Shown: piece after piece, positions 38,538 to 50,967 of the stretch
Position numbering within the stretch: position 1 is the first letter of the stretch
Layout: the number at the start of each line of letters is the position of its first letter
Assembly (NCBI RefSeq): GCF_009914755.1
Contig: NC_060926.1
Source of the DNA: the human T2T-CHM13v2.0 reference genome, Homo sapiens
Length of the DNA: 64,000 bases
Strand: one strand, 5' to 3'
Position numbers and translations under genes: made by a program
Notes under the pieces: generated by a model
Told to the model about the DNA's origin: nothing
What the model saw: the letters and a program-made list of their open reading frames with translations, nothing else
Databases searched by the model: none

Positions 38538-41500
38538 ATAATGGTATTTCCTAGTTTCTCTTCTAGCATTTTTATAATTTTAGGTCTTCTATTTAAATAC
38601 TTATTTAATCTTGAGTTGACTTTTGTATATGGTGAAAGATAGGGATCCAGTTTCAATCTTCTGCAATAACTACTAGCCAGTTATCCTAACACCATTTACT
38701 GAATTGGAAGTCTTTTCCCCATTGCTTGTTATTGTCGACTTTGTCGAAGATCAAGTGGTTGCAGGTATGCAGCTTTATTTCTAGGTTCTCTATCCTGTTT
38801 TGTTGGTCTATGTGTCTGTTTGTTTTTCCTTTTTTTTTTTTTTTAACCAGCATCATACTCTTTTGGTTACCATAGCCTTGTAGTATAGTCTTAAGTCAGG
38901 TAGTGAGGTGCCTCTGGCTTTTCTCTTTTTGCTTAGGATTGTTTTGGCAACTTGGGCTTTTTTGTTGTTGTTGCATAGGAATTTTAGGATAGTTTTTTTC
39001 TAATTCTATGAAAAATGACATTGGTAATTTGGTAACATTGAATCTGTAACTTGCTTTGGGCAGTATGGCCATATTAATATTAATTCTTCATATCCATTAA
39101 CATGAAATATTTTTCCATTTATTTGTGTCATCTCTGATTTCTTTTAGCAGTGTATTTTAATTCTCATTGTAGCTACCTTTCTGATTTCTTTCAGCAGTGT
39201 ATTTTAATTCTCATTACAGCTATCTTGATTAGCTGTATTCCTAGGTGTTTCATTCTTGGCTATTCTTTGGCTATTGTAAATGGGGTTGCATTCTTGATTT
39301 GGCTCTTAGCTCGGATATTATTAGTGTATAGAAATATTATTAATTTTTCTGCATTGATTTTGTATCCTGAAAATTTACTGAAGTGTTTTATCAGTTTTAG
39401 GAGCCTTTTGCCAGAGCCTGTGGGGTTTTCTAGGTATAGAACCATCATTTGTGAAGAATGATAATTTTGCCTCCTCTCTTCCTATTTGGATGCCTTTTAT
39501 TCCTTCCTCTTGCCTGATTGTTCTGGCTAGGACATCCAGTACTAGTTGAATAGGAATGGTGAGAGTGGGAATCCTAGTCTTGTTCCAGTTCTCCAGGGGA
39601 ATGCTTCCAGCTTTTGCTAATTCAGTAGAAGTTGCCTGTGGGTTTGTCATATATGGCTCTTATTATTTTAAGGTATGTTCCCTCAATGTCTAATTTTTTG
39701 ACAGTTTTTTTTTATTATGAAAGGATGTTGAATTTTATTGAAAGCCTTTTCTACCTCTCTTAAGATTATGATTTTTTAAAAAAATTCTGTTTATGTGTTG
39801 AATCATATTTATTGATTTGCATATGTTGAACCAATCTTGAATCCCAGTAATGAAGCCTACTTCATTGTTATGAATTAACTTTTAGATGTGCTGCTAGCTT
39901 CAGATTGCTAGTATTTTGTTGAGGATTTTTGTGTCTATATTCATCAGGGATATTGGCCTGAAGATTTTTTTTTTGTTATTGTTGTATCTCTGCTAGGTTT
40001 TTGTGTCAGAATGATACTGGCTTTGTAGAATAAGTTAAGGAGAAGTCCCTTCTCCTCAGTGTTTTTGGAATAATTTCAGTAGAATTGGTACTAACTTTTC
40101 TTTGTATATCTGTTAAAATTTGGCTGTGAATGCTTGTAGTCCTGGGCTTTCTTTTAGTTGGTAGCCTTTTTATTACTAATTCAATTTTGAAACCTGTTAT
40201 TGGTATCAGGATTTCAGTTTCTTCCTGGTTCAATCCTAGTAAGCTGTGTGTTTCCAGGAATTTATCCATTTCTTCTAGTTTTTCTAGTTTGTGTGCATAG
40301 AAGTGTTCATAAAAGTCTCTGAAGGTTTTTTGTATTTCTGTGGGGTTGGTTCTAATGTCACTTTTGTAATTTCTGATTGCATTTATTTTGATTTTATCAA
40401 TTTTTTCTTTGTTAATCTAGCTAGTGGTCTGTTACTCTTGTTTATTCATTCAAAAAACAAACTTTGGTTTCATGGATCTTTTGTGTTAATGTTTGCATCT
40501 CAATTTATTTCAGATTAGCTCTGATTTCGGTTATTTATTTTTTGCTGCTAGACTTGGGGTTGGTTTGCTCTTGTTTTTATATTTCCTCTAGGTGTAATGT
40601 TAGGTTGTTAGAGATCTTTCTAACTTTTAGATATAGGCATTTTTTTAGATATAGGCATTTAGTGCAATAAACTTTCCTCTTGACACTGCTTTATCTATTT
40701 CCCAAAGAATCTGATATGTTGTGTCTTTGTTTTCATTAGTTTCAAATAATTTTTTGTTTCGGTCTTAATTTTATTCTTTATCCAAAAGCCATTCTAGAGT
40801 AGGTTGTGTAACTTCCATGTAATTGTTTGGCTTTGAGAGATCACCTTTGTATTGATTTCTATTTATCTTGTACTATGGTCTGTCTGAGAGTGTGGTTGGT
40901 ATGATATTAATTTTTCTGAATTTGTCATGACTTGCTTTATGGCTCCATATGTGGTTAATCTTAAAGTATATGCCATGTGCAGATGAGAAGAATGCATATT
41001 CTATTATACTTTGGTGGAGCATTCTCTAGATGTCTACTAGGTCTGATTGGTCAAATGTTGAGTTTAAGATGAGAACGTCTTTGCTAGATTTCTGCCTCAA
41101 TGAACTGTCTAACACCATCGGTGGGGTGTTAAAGTTTCCCACTACTATTATGTGGTTATCTAAATCTCTTTATAGATTTCTAATACTTCGTTTTATGAAT
41201 CTGGGTGCTCCAATGTTTGGTGTGCATATATTTAGGATAGGTAGGTCTTCATGTTGAATTGAACAACATTATATAATGTCCTTCTTTGCCCTATTTGATC
41301 AGTGTTGGTTTAAAAATCTGTTTTGTCTGATATGAGAAGAGCACCCCCGATCATTGTTTTGCATTTGCCTGATAGATATTTCTCCATCCCTTTAATTTGA
41401 GCCTATGGGTGTTGTTACTCATGTAATGGGTCTCTTGAAGACAGTAGACAATTGAGTCTTGCTTCTTGGTTCAACTTGCCACTCTGTGCCTTTTAAGTGG

Positions 41501-42048
41501 GATGTTTAGCCCATTTATTTACATTCAAGGTCAATATTGATAAGTGAGGAATTGATCTTGTAATTGTGTTGTTAGCTGGTTGTTGTGTACAATTAGTTGT
41601 ATAGTTGCTTTATAGTGTCAATAGGATATGTACTTAAGTGTGTTTTTGTGGTGGCAGGTATCATTCTTTCATTTCCATGTTTAGAACTACTTTTAGGACC
41701 TCTTGTAAGGCAGGTTTAGTGGTAATGAATTCCCTTAGTATTTGCTTGTTTGAAAATTATTTTATTTTCACTTTTCTTATAAAACTTAGTTTTGCAAGAT
41801 ATGAAATTCTCGGTTGAAATTTATTTTCTTTAAAGATGCTAAAAATTGGCCCCCAGTCTCTTCTGGTTTGCAAGGTTTCTGCCAAAAGTTCTGCTGTTAA
41901 CCTGATAAGGTTCCCTTTGTAAGTGACCTGCCCCTTCCCTTTAGCTGCCTTTAAGATGTTTTTCTTTTGATTTGATCCTAGGTAATCTAATGACTATGTG
42001 TCTTTCAGATAGTCATCTTATATAGTATCTTACAGGGATTCTCCGAAT
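38538..42048 (-). mobile_element. L1 ORF1 C-terminal part and ORF2 (endonuclease and RT regions), opposite orientation
   Basis: Minus-strand ORF remnants MDKFLETHSL, LDVLARTIRQEEGIKGIQIGREE and LYLENP...FSKFSGYKIN. Confidence 0.95.
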
Positions 42049-42840
42049 AGGCCACACATGTTTCTTGGAAGGAGGACAGAGCCTAGCAAGGATGCTACGG
42101 GCTCCCAAGGAGAGCCTGTAACAGAGAAGGAAGCAGTGAGTACCACGGCTGGAGGTTTGGGTGGGTTACACTGAAAGGAGGTAGGAACTAAGCCTAGGAA
42201 GCGTGGATACGATTCAGGCGTGTGGCATTTGAAGAGGACAAGCCAGTTAGAAAGATATTAGCAGACTTAGAAGTTTAAAAATATTCATGAACACTTCAAG
42301 TTGGTTAGTTTGACTGAAGCCTAATGCACTTTTTAGAGGAACGAGGGGCAGTGTGATGGAGGAAGGAGCTGGAGGATGACCGCCTTGGTCCTAGCATGGG
42401 GCAGTGTGGCCTTTTCCTGGGAACCAACTGTCTTAAACTGAGTTCCGGGGGCAGCAGTATCTGATGATGGGATACTAGGCATTCTGCAGAGATTGCCCTT
42501 GGCTTCCACCAGATAAAATGAGACGGGGACATAGGAGAAAACTTATGGTCAGATATATTTGGAAAATGATGGGTTAATGAAGTTATGCGTTTTTCTTTCT
42601 GTGTGATTCATCAGACCCTCTCATGGATCAATTGGCTTTGGAATATCCTTTGCAGGCAGAACATGTGGCACTTCCCACTGGCACAGACTTGGAAATTGCT
42701 TGTTTTACCGGGATCTGGTATACGTAGGTGCCCCATTTTAAAGTTTGGGGTAAAAAGCTGCCCAAGTAATGTTTCAAAGTATTAACCTTCTATTGATGTA
42801 GATTAGCATTAGTTTTTAATCGGGCACACCCAGGGTTCTT

Positions 42841-43980
42841 GCCCTCAAGATAGGCTCAGAAATATCCAAACGCCCAGTTCTACTTGCTCCTGTCTTTTTC
42901 CTGTAGCCGAAACCCCGAGGCGCCCTCTCCAGGGATGAAATTGACAGCAGGAGGAACAGAGTCGGGGAGCATCCAGCTCAAGCCTCTGCTCCCCACAGCG
43001 GCTCCCGCTGGAGCCGAGGTGCCGGTCAGAGCTGCCCATCTGCGGCCCTCCTTGCTTTCCTGCTATGGAGGAACAGAGGCAGGAGGTGAGGGCCTCTGGC
43101 AGGGCCAGGGATTGCTGGCACGCACCCTCCAGAGAGCTGTGGCAGGAGCCGCGTTACGAGCTGCCTCCTTGGAGAAACAGCCTCACATCTGTGAGAAGGG
43201 CCTGCGGTGGAGCCCATACTCAGGTGGAAGGAACCGGGAGGTTTCTGGCCAGTTGCTTCTGTTTTTAGATTGTGGTAGTGAGGTGTGTGCATGTGTGTGT
43301 GCGCGCGTGTGTGCATGTGTGCATGTGTGTGTGTGCGCGCGGTGTTAGCCCAGTTGCAGGCGCTTTTCACTATGAACATAAAGGTAGAAAAAGAGATCAG
43401 TGTGCACACGAAATCTTTGTAAAGATGATATTCAGTATATTTAGCTACCACTAGGAAGTGCAATGGGTTAAAGTTAACCGGATCGCTGACTTCTGACAGC
43501 TGAGTGTGCGCTGGCTGCATTGGAGCCCTCCGCTCTCTGACAGGGGCCGTCGCTGGCCTGTGCCCCGTGCCGGCAACCCAGGCACACCTGTGCCCCTGCA
43601 GGGAGCCCCGCCCCCAGCTGTCTCTGGCTCCTGGAGTCCGAGCCCTGCCGCCCTCTACCCAGGATTTCTAGTTGCTCGTGGGCCCTCCGGGCGTGGAGGA
43701 GGACCTGGTGTCTCTCCTTTGGGCTCAGCAACCTCCTGACGTGGGGCTGGCTCCTGCCCCCTGCAGCCCCAGGATGCAGAGGGGCCGCTGGGCTGCTGTC
43801 TTGATGAGGGCCCCGCAGTCCCCGCAGTCCCCGCAGGCTGGGCGGCTTCTGAGGAAAGGCCTGGGGCAGGGCTCCGGAGCAGGGCAGGGCTCACGGCCCC
43901 TGGACTTTGGAGGCTGGATCCTGGGCCAGAGGCGAAGGCCCCTGGAACCAGGCTGCGTCGCCCACAGTTCTGCCTGGAAG
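42841..43980. promoter_or_regulatory. GC/CpG-enriched unique segment (weak orphan CpG-island-like region)
   Basis: About 49 CpGs in ~1.14 kb by hand count, far above the flanks; estimated observed/expected ~0.45, below the island threshold. Confidence 0.45.
43283..43341. repeat. Perfect alternating purine-pyrimidine (TG/CG/CA) tract
   Basis: 59 bp of strict alternation with two (CG)3 runs. Confidence 0.9.
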
Positions 43981-44548
43981 GTGGAGGATCAATGTTGTCT
44001 CCTGCCCCCCAGGGGGTCAATGGGATCCTTTGAGCCAGGACGTTTTTCCAGTTTCTGAATCCAATTGTAAATCCCTCATTTTTTTAAAAACCTCTACCAG
44101 ACTTTTAAAAAGTTGTCCTCAAAAAACTTTCTAATCTAGAGAGAGAAAGAGCACGGCAACTTCTAAGTGATGCTGGCGAGAAAGTCAGGAGACTTGGCAC
44201 TTACAACTTTCTAAAGATCTGAATGCAAATGTCACCTGGAGCATTGGAGTATGCCGAGGCCCCTGGGTGATGAAAGTGAGGGAGAAATGAGAGGGCAGGG
44301 GTGCGCCAAATAAGGGGGGATTTCACTCCTGTCCATCCCTGGGCTTGTGTAACTCAAGGTATTGGAGAGTCAAAGTGTGCTCTTGGTTTTACTGCTACCA
44401 TGAAGAGACGAAAAGCGAGCCCGCAGACTTGTGGCCCTTTCCCTGACCTGGTAAGAGAAATATTGCAGGGTGTTTTAGGATGATGCTGGAAAGAGGCAGG
44501 AGCCCTCTCTGTCTCTGAGGGTCTGCAGGGCACTTCCCCAAGGGCAGG

Positions 44549-44596
44549 TGGGGCGGACACAAAGGAGCTTGGGGCGGACACAAAGGAGCTTGGGGC
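44549..44596. repeat. Perfect 21-bp tandem duplication
   Basis: tggggcggacacaaaggagct x2 plus tggggc. Confidence 0.95.
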
Positions 44597-44789
44597 TTCC
44601 TTCCTCTTGGCCTCCCTCTGGGCTGGACCCTGAGCTCTGCCTGGGGATGATGCAGGGAAGACCCCCATTCCCTTGGACCAGGCATCTGCTCCTCTGGGCT
44701 GGTCTCTTGGGGGCCGAGGGTGAAAGAGGAAGGAGGGAAGTGCATACCTGGGTCAGAGGCCAGGCTGGGTGTCGGGAGCCTGTATTTTA

Positions 44790-44930
44790 TTTAGTGCTCC
44801 CAACTGCTCTGTCATGTAGCAATGGCCACTATTCTCATTTTATAAATGAGAAGATGCAGGCTCAGAAGGGTTAAATAGCCTGTGGTCCTACCATAAATGA
44901 GGCCCCAGTCCTCTGAGTCCCACACAGGAG
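44790..44930 (-). mobile_element. MIR
   Basis: ctcattttataaatgagaagatgcaggctcagaagggttaaatagcctg. Confidence 0.65.
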
Positions 44931-45998
44931 TCTGCTGACTTTGCTCCAGGCAAGGTGCGGTGCAGGCTTCACAAGGACAGACTCCATGTCAGCCTGGCCT
45001 GGCCCAGTCTGCGAGGCAGGCAGGGTCAAAGGCCCTGGAGGAGGAGGAAGGTGGACCTTCCGTGAGCAGGGCTGGAAGATGCTTCCAGGCCCGACTCTAT
45101 GGCTTTTTGAGGCTGGAAACTTCCGAGGAGAGAGTAGGAGCATTCAGGACAGTCCTTAACAAAGAGGGGGGAGTTTTTGCAGATGCCACCCAAGAGAAAA
45201 GACAGCATTACTTCACACTGCTGGCCGATGTACTGCGGGGACAAATGCTGGGGTTTTACTCAGGGCTGACCTGCTTCGGAGGGTCCCCACCTGCCTGGAG
45301 CTGGCCACAGGTCACCTCCAGCCTGGGCTCCCCGAGAACCTTCACCAGCCCTTCCCAGTTACTTTTGTCCTTTCTGGTTCTGTGATAACACAAAATAATG
45401 ATGACAATGATGTGTGTTTATCAAATGCTTATTTGCCAGGTCCATGCTCAGGGCAGTCTCAGGCCATAGGTGCTATCCTCGTCCCCACCCTACCCATGTG
45501 GATACCCTGGAGGAGGATGCAGGAGGCTTCCCCACCATCTTCCCACTCTACTGCCCTCTTCCTGTCCTTACCCCTGAGTTCTGTCCACAGGGATGGTGGC
45601 CAGTCCAGTGAGAAAGATGATCCTCTTCTGGGATCTTTCTTCCAAATAGAAAGACTCTTCCCTTATAATTAATACTCAGCTTAGAGATGCTTACTTTCAA
45701 AGGAAGCAGCAGGTATATTAATAAATATTGTAAATCTTTTTGTCCTGACAACCTACTGATGCTACACTCACAGCTTTTAGATTTTAAAAAGCTGTGGGTA
45801 GAGATTTTTCAAGGCAAAATTTTGTGTCTGTGGTTTGCAAAGCTACTCTCAAAGCATAGTTTCAGCCCCAAGAATAGGCATGCCATTTACTTATGATGTT
45901 CATGCCTAACATTGATTTTTTTATCCTGACTTGCATATTTTTGAAATATAGTATGTAGTTTTATTTTCAACCAAACTATATTAAGAATGAAATATATT

Positions 45999-46315
<317 letters not shown>

Positions 46316-46597
46316 TTACATTGTCTAGATGGTGAAAACATGGGCAGTTTTAATTTTATTTATTTTAAAATTATTCATAAGTAAAATGGACAACTGTAAT
46401 GATATGGGGAAACATTTAAAGAAAATATGTCCTTTATTTTTTATTTTGTAATAAATATGTGATATTCATCATATAAAAATATTGGATATCTATGTAATAA
46501 AATGGGAACAGTATTTGCCTGATAGCATTGATGATAAGAAGTATTTTCTCTCATACTGTCTATAAATTTCAAATTTGCAACAATTAAATATGAATTC

Positions 46598-46850
46598 ATT
46601 TTATTTTTTCAGCTTCATTGAAGTATAATTGACCAATAACATTTGCATGTATTAAAAGTGTACAACTTGATATTTGTATATATTGTGAAATGACCACCAA
46701 AAGCTAATTTACATATCCATAGCCTCACAGGTACCCCTTCCTTCCTTCCTTCCTTCCCCTCCCTCATTCTCTCTTTCTCTCTCTTCCTTTTCTTTTCTTT
46801 CTTTTTTGCGTGGTGTGAATACTTTGGATCTACCCCATTAGCAAACATTT
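46598..46850 (-). mobile_element. L1MA-like 3' end containing a (CCTT)/CT-rich tract
   Basis: cagcttcattgaagtataattgac...gtgtacaacttgat...ttgtgaaatgaccacc. Confidence 0.75.
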
Positions 46851-47512
46851 TTAAAGAGAGAGTAGAGCTAATTGAGCTGAAAGGAGTATTTCATGTATAT
46901 CTCAGGTTCTGCACTTCTGAAATGGATTCCAAATAGTGTGTGGATCCTGGAAGTCCTTATAACCTTCTCTGTATTTATCCTTCTGTTCTCTGTCTCACGT
47001 CAGGTCAGGAATGGACAGGAGTGAGCAGGACGGAGTGCAGGCATCCTTCTTGGACTGGGAGGACAGCCTTGGGAGGACAGTGTCATGGGCTCTGGGAGCA
47101 TCACCCAAGGCTAATGGGCTCCTGCAGATGCTCCTTGCAGCAGCAGAGTGAGGCCAGTATCTTGTAAAATGTTCCACAAACTTCTATGCACCTGCAGGCA
47201 TGTGGACAATGGATAGGAACCCACGGTGGGCAATTCAGAGTGTCTGTTCAAGGAAATTGTATTTTATGTTAATGCTCATTGTTTTCTTGGAACTGGATAA
47301 AACCTGGCAGGCTCCTCTGTGGAGCATTATTAGATTTTCGGAATAATTTTTCTTTGTTGAGCGCACTTAAACTGGGTACTGAGACTGGTTCCTTCACCCC
47401 CACCCCAGGAGGCCTAGAGAGGAATCACTGGCCTGAGCCAGAAACAGGAAAGCAGGGGAGAGAGGAGGCGACGGTGGGGACGTGTTCCTCGATGTGCCCA
47501 TTTCCTAGTTGT

Positions 47513-47590
47513 TACGTGTATGTGTGCATGTGTGTGCCTGCGTGTGTGTCCGTGTATGTGTGTGCGCGTGTGTGTGTGTGTGCATACATG
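47513..47590. repeat. Interrupted (TG)n repeat
   Basis: TG/CG/TA alternating run. Confidence 0.85.
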
Positions 47591-47799
47591 CTCAGCAGCA
47601 CAGCCTGGTGAAGGGCCTGGAGTGGCATGGAGGGAAACGCAAGGTGAATCTGAAAAAGAAGGACCACCACAGCTGAGAGAAATTTGCAGGAGGGAAATGT
47701 GGGGGAGAGCTTGGAACTCTCACTGTCTCTGGAACGGGGGTCCAACAAGCTCACCTCAGCGGCTTGAGGGTTCTGATCACTGCATCTGCCGTGTCCTAA

Positions 47800-48514
47800 T
47801 GTTACAGTAGGTAGCTAGTCAGGCATGAGCAGGGCAGGGGAGGGCTCCCCACCCACACACCAGGAGTGTCTGGTGACGGTCAGGTGACGGTCAGGCGGTT
47901 GTAAAGTGTCTCGCTAAAGTAATAATTGGTCACAGCTGGCACCAGGGAAAGGCCGTCTCCAAATAAAAAGAAAACACCTAAAACTGGTGATCAGCAGCTT
48001 CCCAATAAGATCTCAGGAAGTGGGCGAGTGAGCTCAAGCATGTGCATTAAGAGGCAAAGTGATGGAGTTTAACTGTTGTATGACCTTCCTGTAGGAATGC
48101 TAGTCTGGTAAGGAAAGAATGCCTCAAATAAGCATGCATACAGCTCCAGGAAACACATAGCACACGCTCCACTCCCAACTGCTGGCAGGCCACTGTGCGT
48201 GCAGACAGCCCGCCCCAAGGGATGAATCGGGAGAAGGGACACAAGACCCCGGAAGCATGCCAACATATACAAGCCCAAGTCAAAAGGTCAAACCCTGCAC
48301 TTGTCCTTCAAGTTACCTGCTTGGGCCTCTTCCAAGTGTACTTTCCTTCCTTGTGTTCCTGCTCTAAAGCTTTTTAATCAACTTTCACTCCTGCTCTAAA
48401 ACTTGCCTTGTTCTCTCCTTCTGCCTTATGCCCCTCAGTTGAATTCTTTCTTCTGAGGAGGCAAGAATTGAGGTTGCTGCAGACCCGTAAGATACGGATT
48501 CGCTGCCGGTGACA
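47800..48514 (+). mobile_element. MER50 ERV1 solo LTR
   Basis: tgttacagtaggtagctagtcaggcatgagcagggcagg...gaggttgctgcagacccg...ccggtgaca; perfect TSD CTAA. Confidence 0.85.
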
Positions 48515-48539
48515 CTAACATAGATGCTGAGCAATAATC

Positions 48540-49010
48540 CAGAGCAGATACCAGTGGCCTGAGTAGGGGGTTGTGTGACGGAAGGAAGTGTGTTCTTTCA
48601 GGATACACTTAGAAGGCAGAATCAGTGGGACATAGTGACTAACTGATGATGAATCCCACATTTCTGTCCTGGGCACCTGGACGATGGTGGGGCCTCCACT
48701 TGGTGTGCAGGACTCAGAAGATGGAGCGTATTTTAAGGGAGCAGGAAACTGGCAAGTGTAGGTTTGCCCCAGGGAGTTCAAGGTGCTGCAGAATATCCAA
48801 GTGGAAAAGTGACCAGTTGACTCAGATTCTAGGCTTCAGGGGAGACACCTGGGTTGGCAACATAGCTCTGGGAAGATTAGTTTATACTTTGAGACCTATC
48901 TGAATTTTTCCATGTGAAAGCATTTAGTTTCATGGATGGAGATGAGTGCATTTGGGTGGGGCAAAGAGGAGACAAGCTCAATGAGCAAAGAAACCCTGTG
49001 AGGAGGGAGG
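48540..49010 (-). mobile_element. L2 fragment
   Basis: gggcacctggacgatggtgg...gaatatccaagtgga...catggatggagatgag. Confidence 0.6.
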
Positions 49011-49275
49011 GCAGGGCCCTGCTGCAGGGAGAGGAGGCTGGGGGGGAAACATTGCTCAGGGACACACACTATTAAGGCTGTCCTGGGGGTGGCAGGGCCT
49101 GTCAAATAGAACTTCGCTTCATGCTGCCTTATCCTTCCCGGGTATGAGCAGGTGTTTGGTGCCTCTTCTGTGCCGGTCAGTAGATTCCCCAGACGGGGCA
49201 GTAGAATATCTGGGGGCAGCTGGTCACCTCATACACAGGGCTCAGGAGGAAGCGTCTCCTAAGTCCAAGTGGTAA

Positions 49276-49570
49276 TTTTTTTTTTTTTGAGACAAAGTGT
49301 TGCTCTGTCACCCAGGCTGGAGTGCAGTGGCACGATCTTGTCTCACTGCAACCTCCGCCTCCTGAGTCCAAGTGATTCTCCCGCCTCAGCCACCTGAGTA
49401 GCTGGGATCACAGGCATGTGCCACCATGCCCAGCTAATTTTTGTATTTTTAGTAGAGACAGGGTTTCACCATGTTTGCCAGGCATGTCTTGACCGCCTGA
49501 CCTCAAGTGATCCACCCATCTCAGCCTCCCAAAGTGCCGGGATTACAGGCGTGAGCCACCGTGCCCGGCC
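49276..49570 (-). mobile_element. AluS, full length
   Basis: Poly(T) followed by complete reverse Alu; flanks caagtggta/cacgtggtga. Confidence 0.95.
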
Positions 49571-49679
49571 CACGTGGTGAATTTTAAGTGAGCGGCAGAT
49601 CCTGGCTCTTCACCATCACTTTTTCCCGTGAAAGACATCCAACGATTGAAAACCTTTGAATTTTTAGCTGGTAAAAGCC

Positions 49680-50890
49680 TCAGCATTTACTTAGCAAATA
49701 TTGAGACATTGGATGGGAAGCTTCTGATGTTTCAGGCACTGTGTTCCCTGTTCTGAGGAATAAATAAGATACTTCCCTGTAGGATCTCAGAGATTAGCAG
49801 GATGATGAGGCAGGAAAGGGGCCAGGTACTAGGCATGGAGTCCCCAGAATGGGGCACAGGGCTGGAAAAGGCCGGGGAGGACAAGCTTTCCTCCAAGGAG
49901 AAGGAGGGAGGTGGCTTTGAACCGACCCTAGAGAGAGGCATGGTGGTTTAGCAAAAGGACCCTGGGGTAAGCCATTTAGGAGGCACAGACTGGGGCCAGG
50001 TTTTGTTAGCAGCGGAAGGTCTCTGAGTCACAGGGCACCAAAGTATGTTAGCAGCAGCAACTCCGGACCAGTCTGCAGCAACCTCATTCCTTGCCTCCTC
50101 GGAAGAAAGAACTCATCTGAGGAGCATTAGGCAAGGGAGAGACTGAGGCAAGTTTCTGAGCAGGAGTGGAGGTTTCTTAAAAAGCTTTAGAGCAGGAATG
50201 AAAAGAAGGAAAGTACACTTGGAAGAGGGCCAAGCAGGAGACTTGAAGGACTAGTGCAGGGTTTGACCCTTTGACTTGGGGTTTTATATGTTGGCATGCC
50301 TCCGGGGTCTTGCGTCCCTTCTCCCCTGATTCTCCCCTTGGGGTGGACTGCACGCATGCATGGTGGGCTGCTGGCGCTTGGGAGGGGCGCATGCGCAGTG
50401 TGTTTACTGGAGTCGTACCCATGCTCCCTTGAGGCGTTCTTCCCTTACCAGCCGAATGTCCCTAGGAGGTCATATGCCACTCACACTCTGCCATTTTGCC
50501 TCTTAGTGCGCATGTGTTGAGCCCACTCACCTCACGCCGGAGGAGATCTATCTGAAAGCTGCGGGCTTCAGGTGTTTCTATCTATTGGGAGATGCCGTTC
50601 CCTGGCGCCGGCTGCAAACAATTATTATTTTAGAGAGACAGCTAACCAACCGCCTGACCACCACCTGATGGTCGCCCGCCCCTCATGGTGGGGTGGGGGC
50701 CCTCTCTGTCCTGCTCTGCCTGACCAGCTACTGACCTAACAGTTTGATGTCCTTGTGAGCCATGCTTAAGGAATTTGAACTGGCCCCTATATGAAATGGA
50801 GACCACTGGCAGATTTAAAATTGGGAGTGAAATTTAAATTTCTATGATTTAGAAAGACTTTCTGGCAACTGGATTGGACTTGGAGGATCC
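49680..50890 (-). mobile_element. L2 fragment split by MER50
   Basis: cagcatttacttagcaaatattgag...; resumes ccttgtgagccatgcttaaggaatttgaact...ggagaccactggcagatt. Confidence 0.55.
50004..50741 (-). mobile_element. MER50 LTR with primer-binding site and a second LTR-end stub
   Basis: Reverse-complement homologue of 47800-48514; LTR proper 50046-50741; perfect TSD GTTT at 50000-50003 and 50742-50745. Confidence 0.85.
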
Positions 50891-50967
50891 TGAGTGCCGC
50901 CAGATTGGTTGGGGATGCTGAAGTGCGCAGGACGCCGAGGCTAAGGGGCAGGAAGGGACGGCCAGCA

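Noticed and set aside
38096-40269. ORFs resembling L1 ORF1p and ORF2p
   Set aside because: Short fragments of a dead, rearranged L1 with many stops and frameshifts; not functional genes.
42884-45385. Many overlapping 100-160 aa ORFs on both strands
   Set aside because: Expected from high GC content (few stop codons); Pro/Gly/Ala-rich with no recognisable domain or consistent exon structure.
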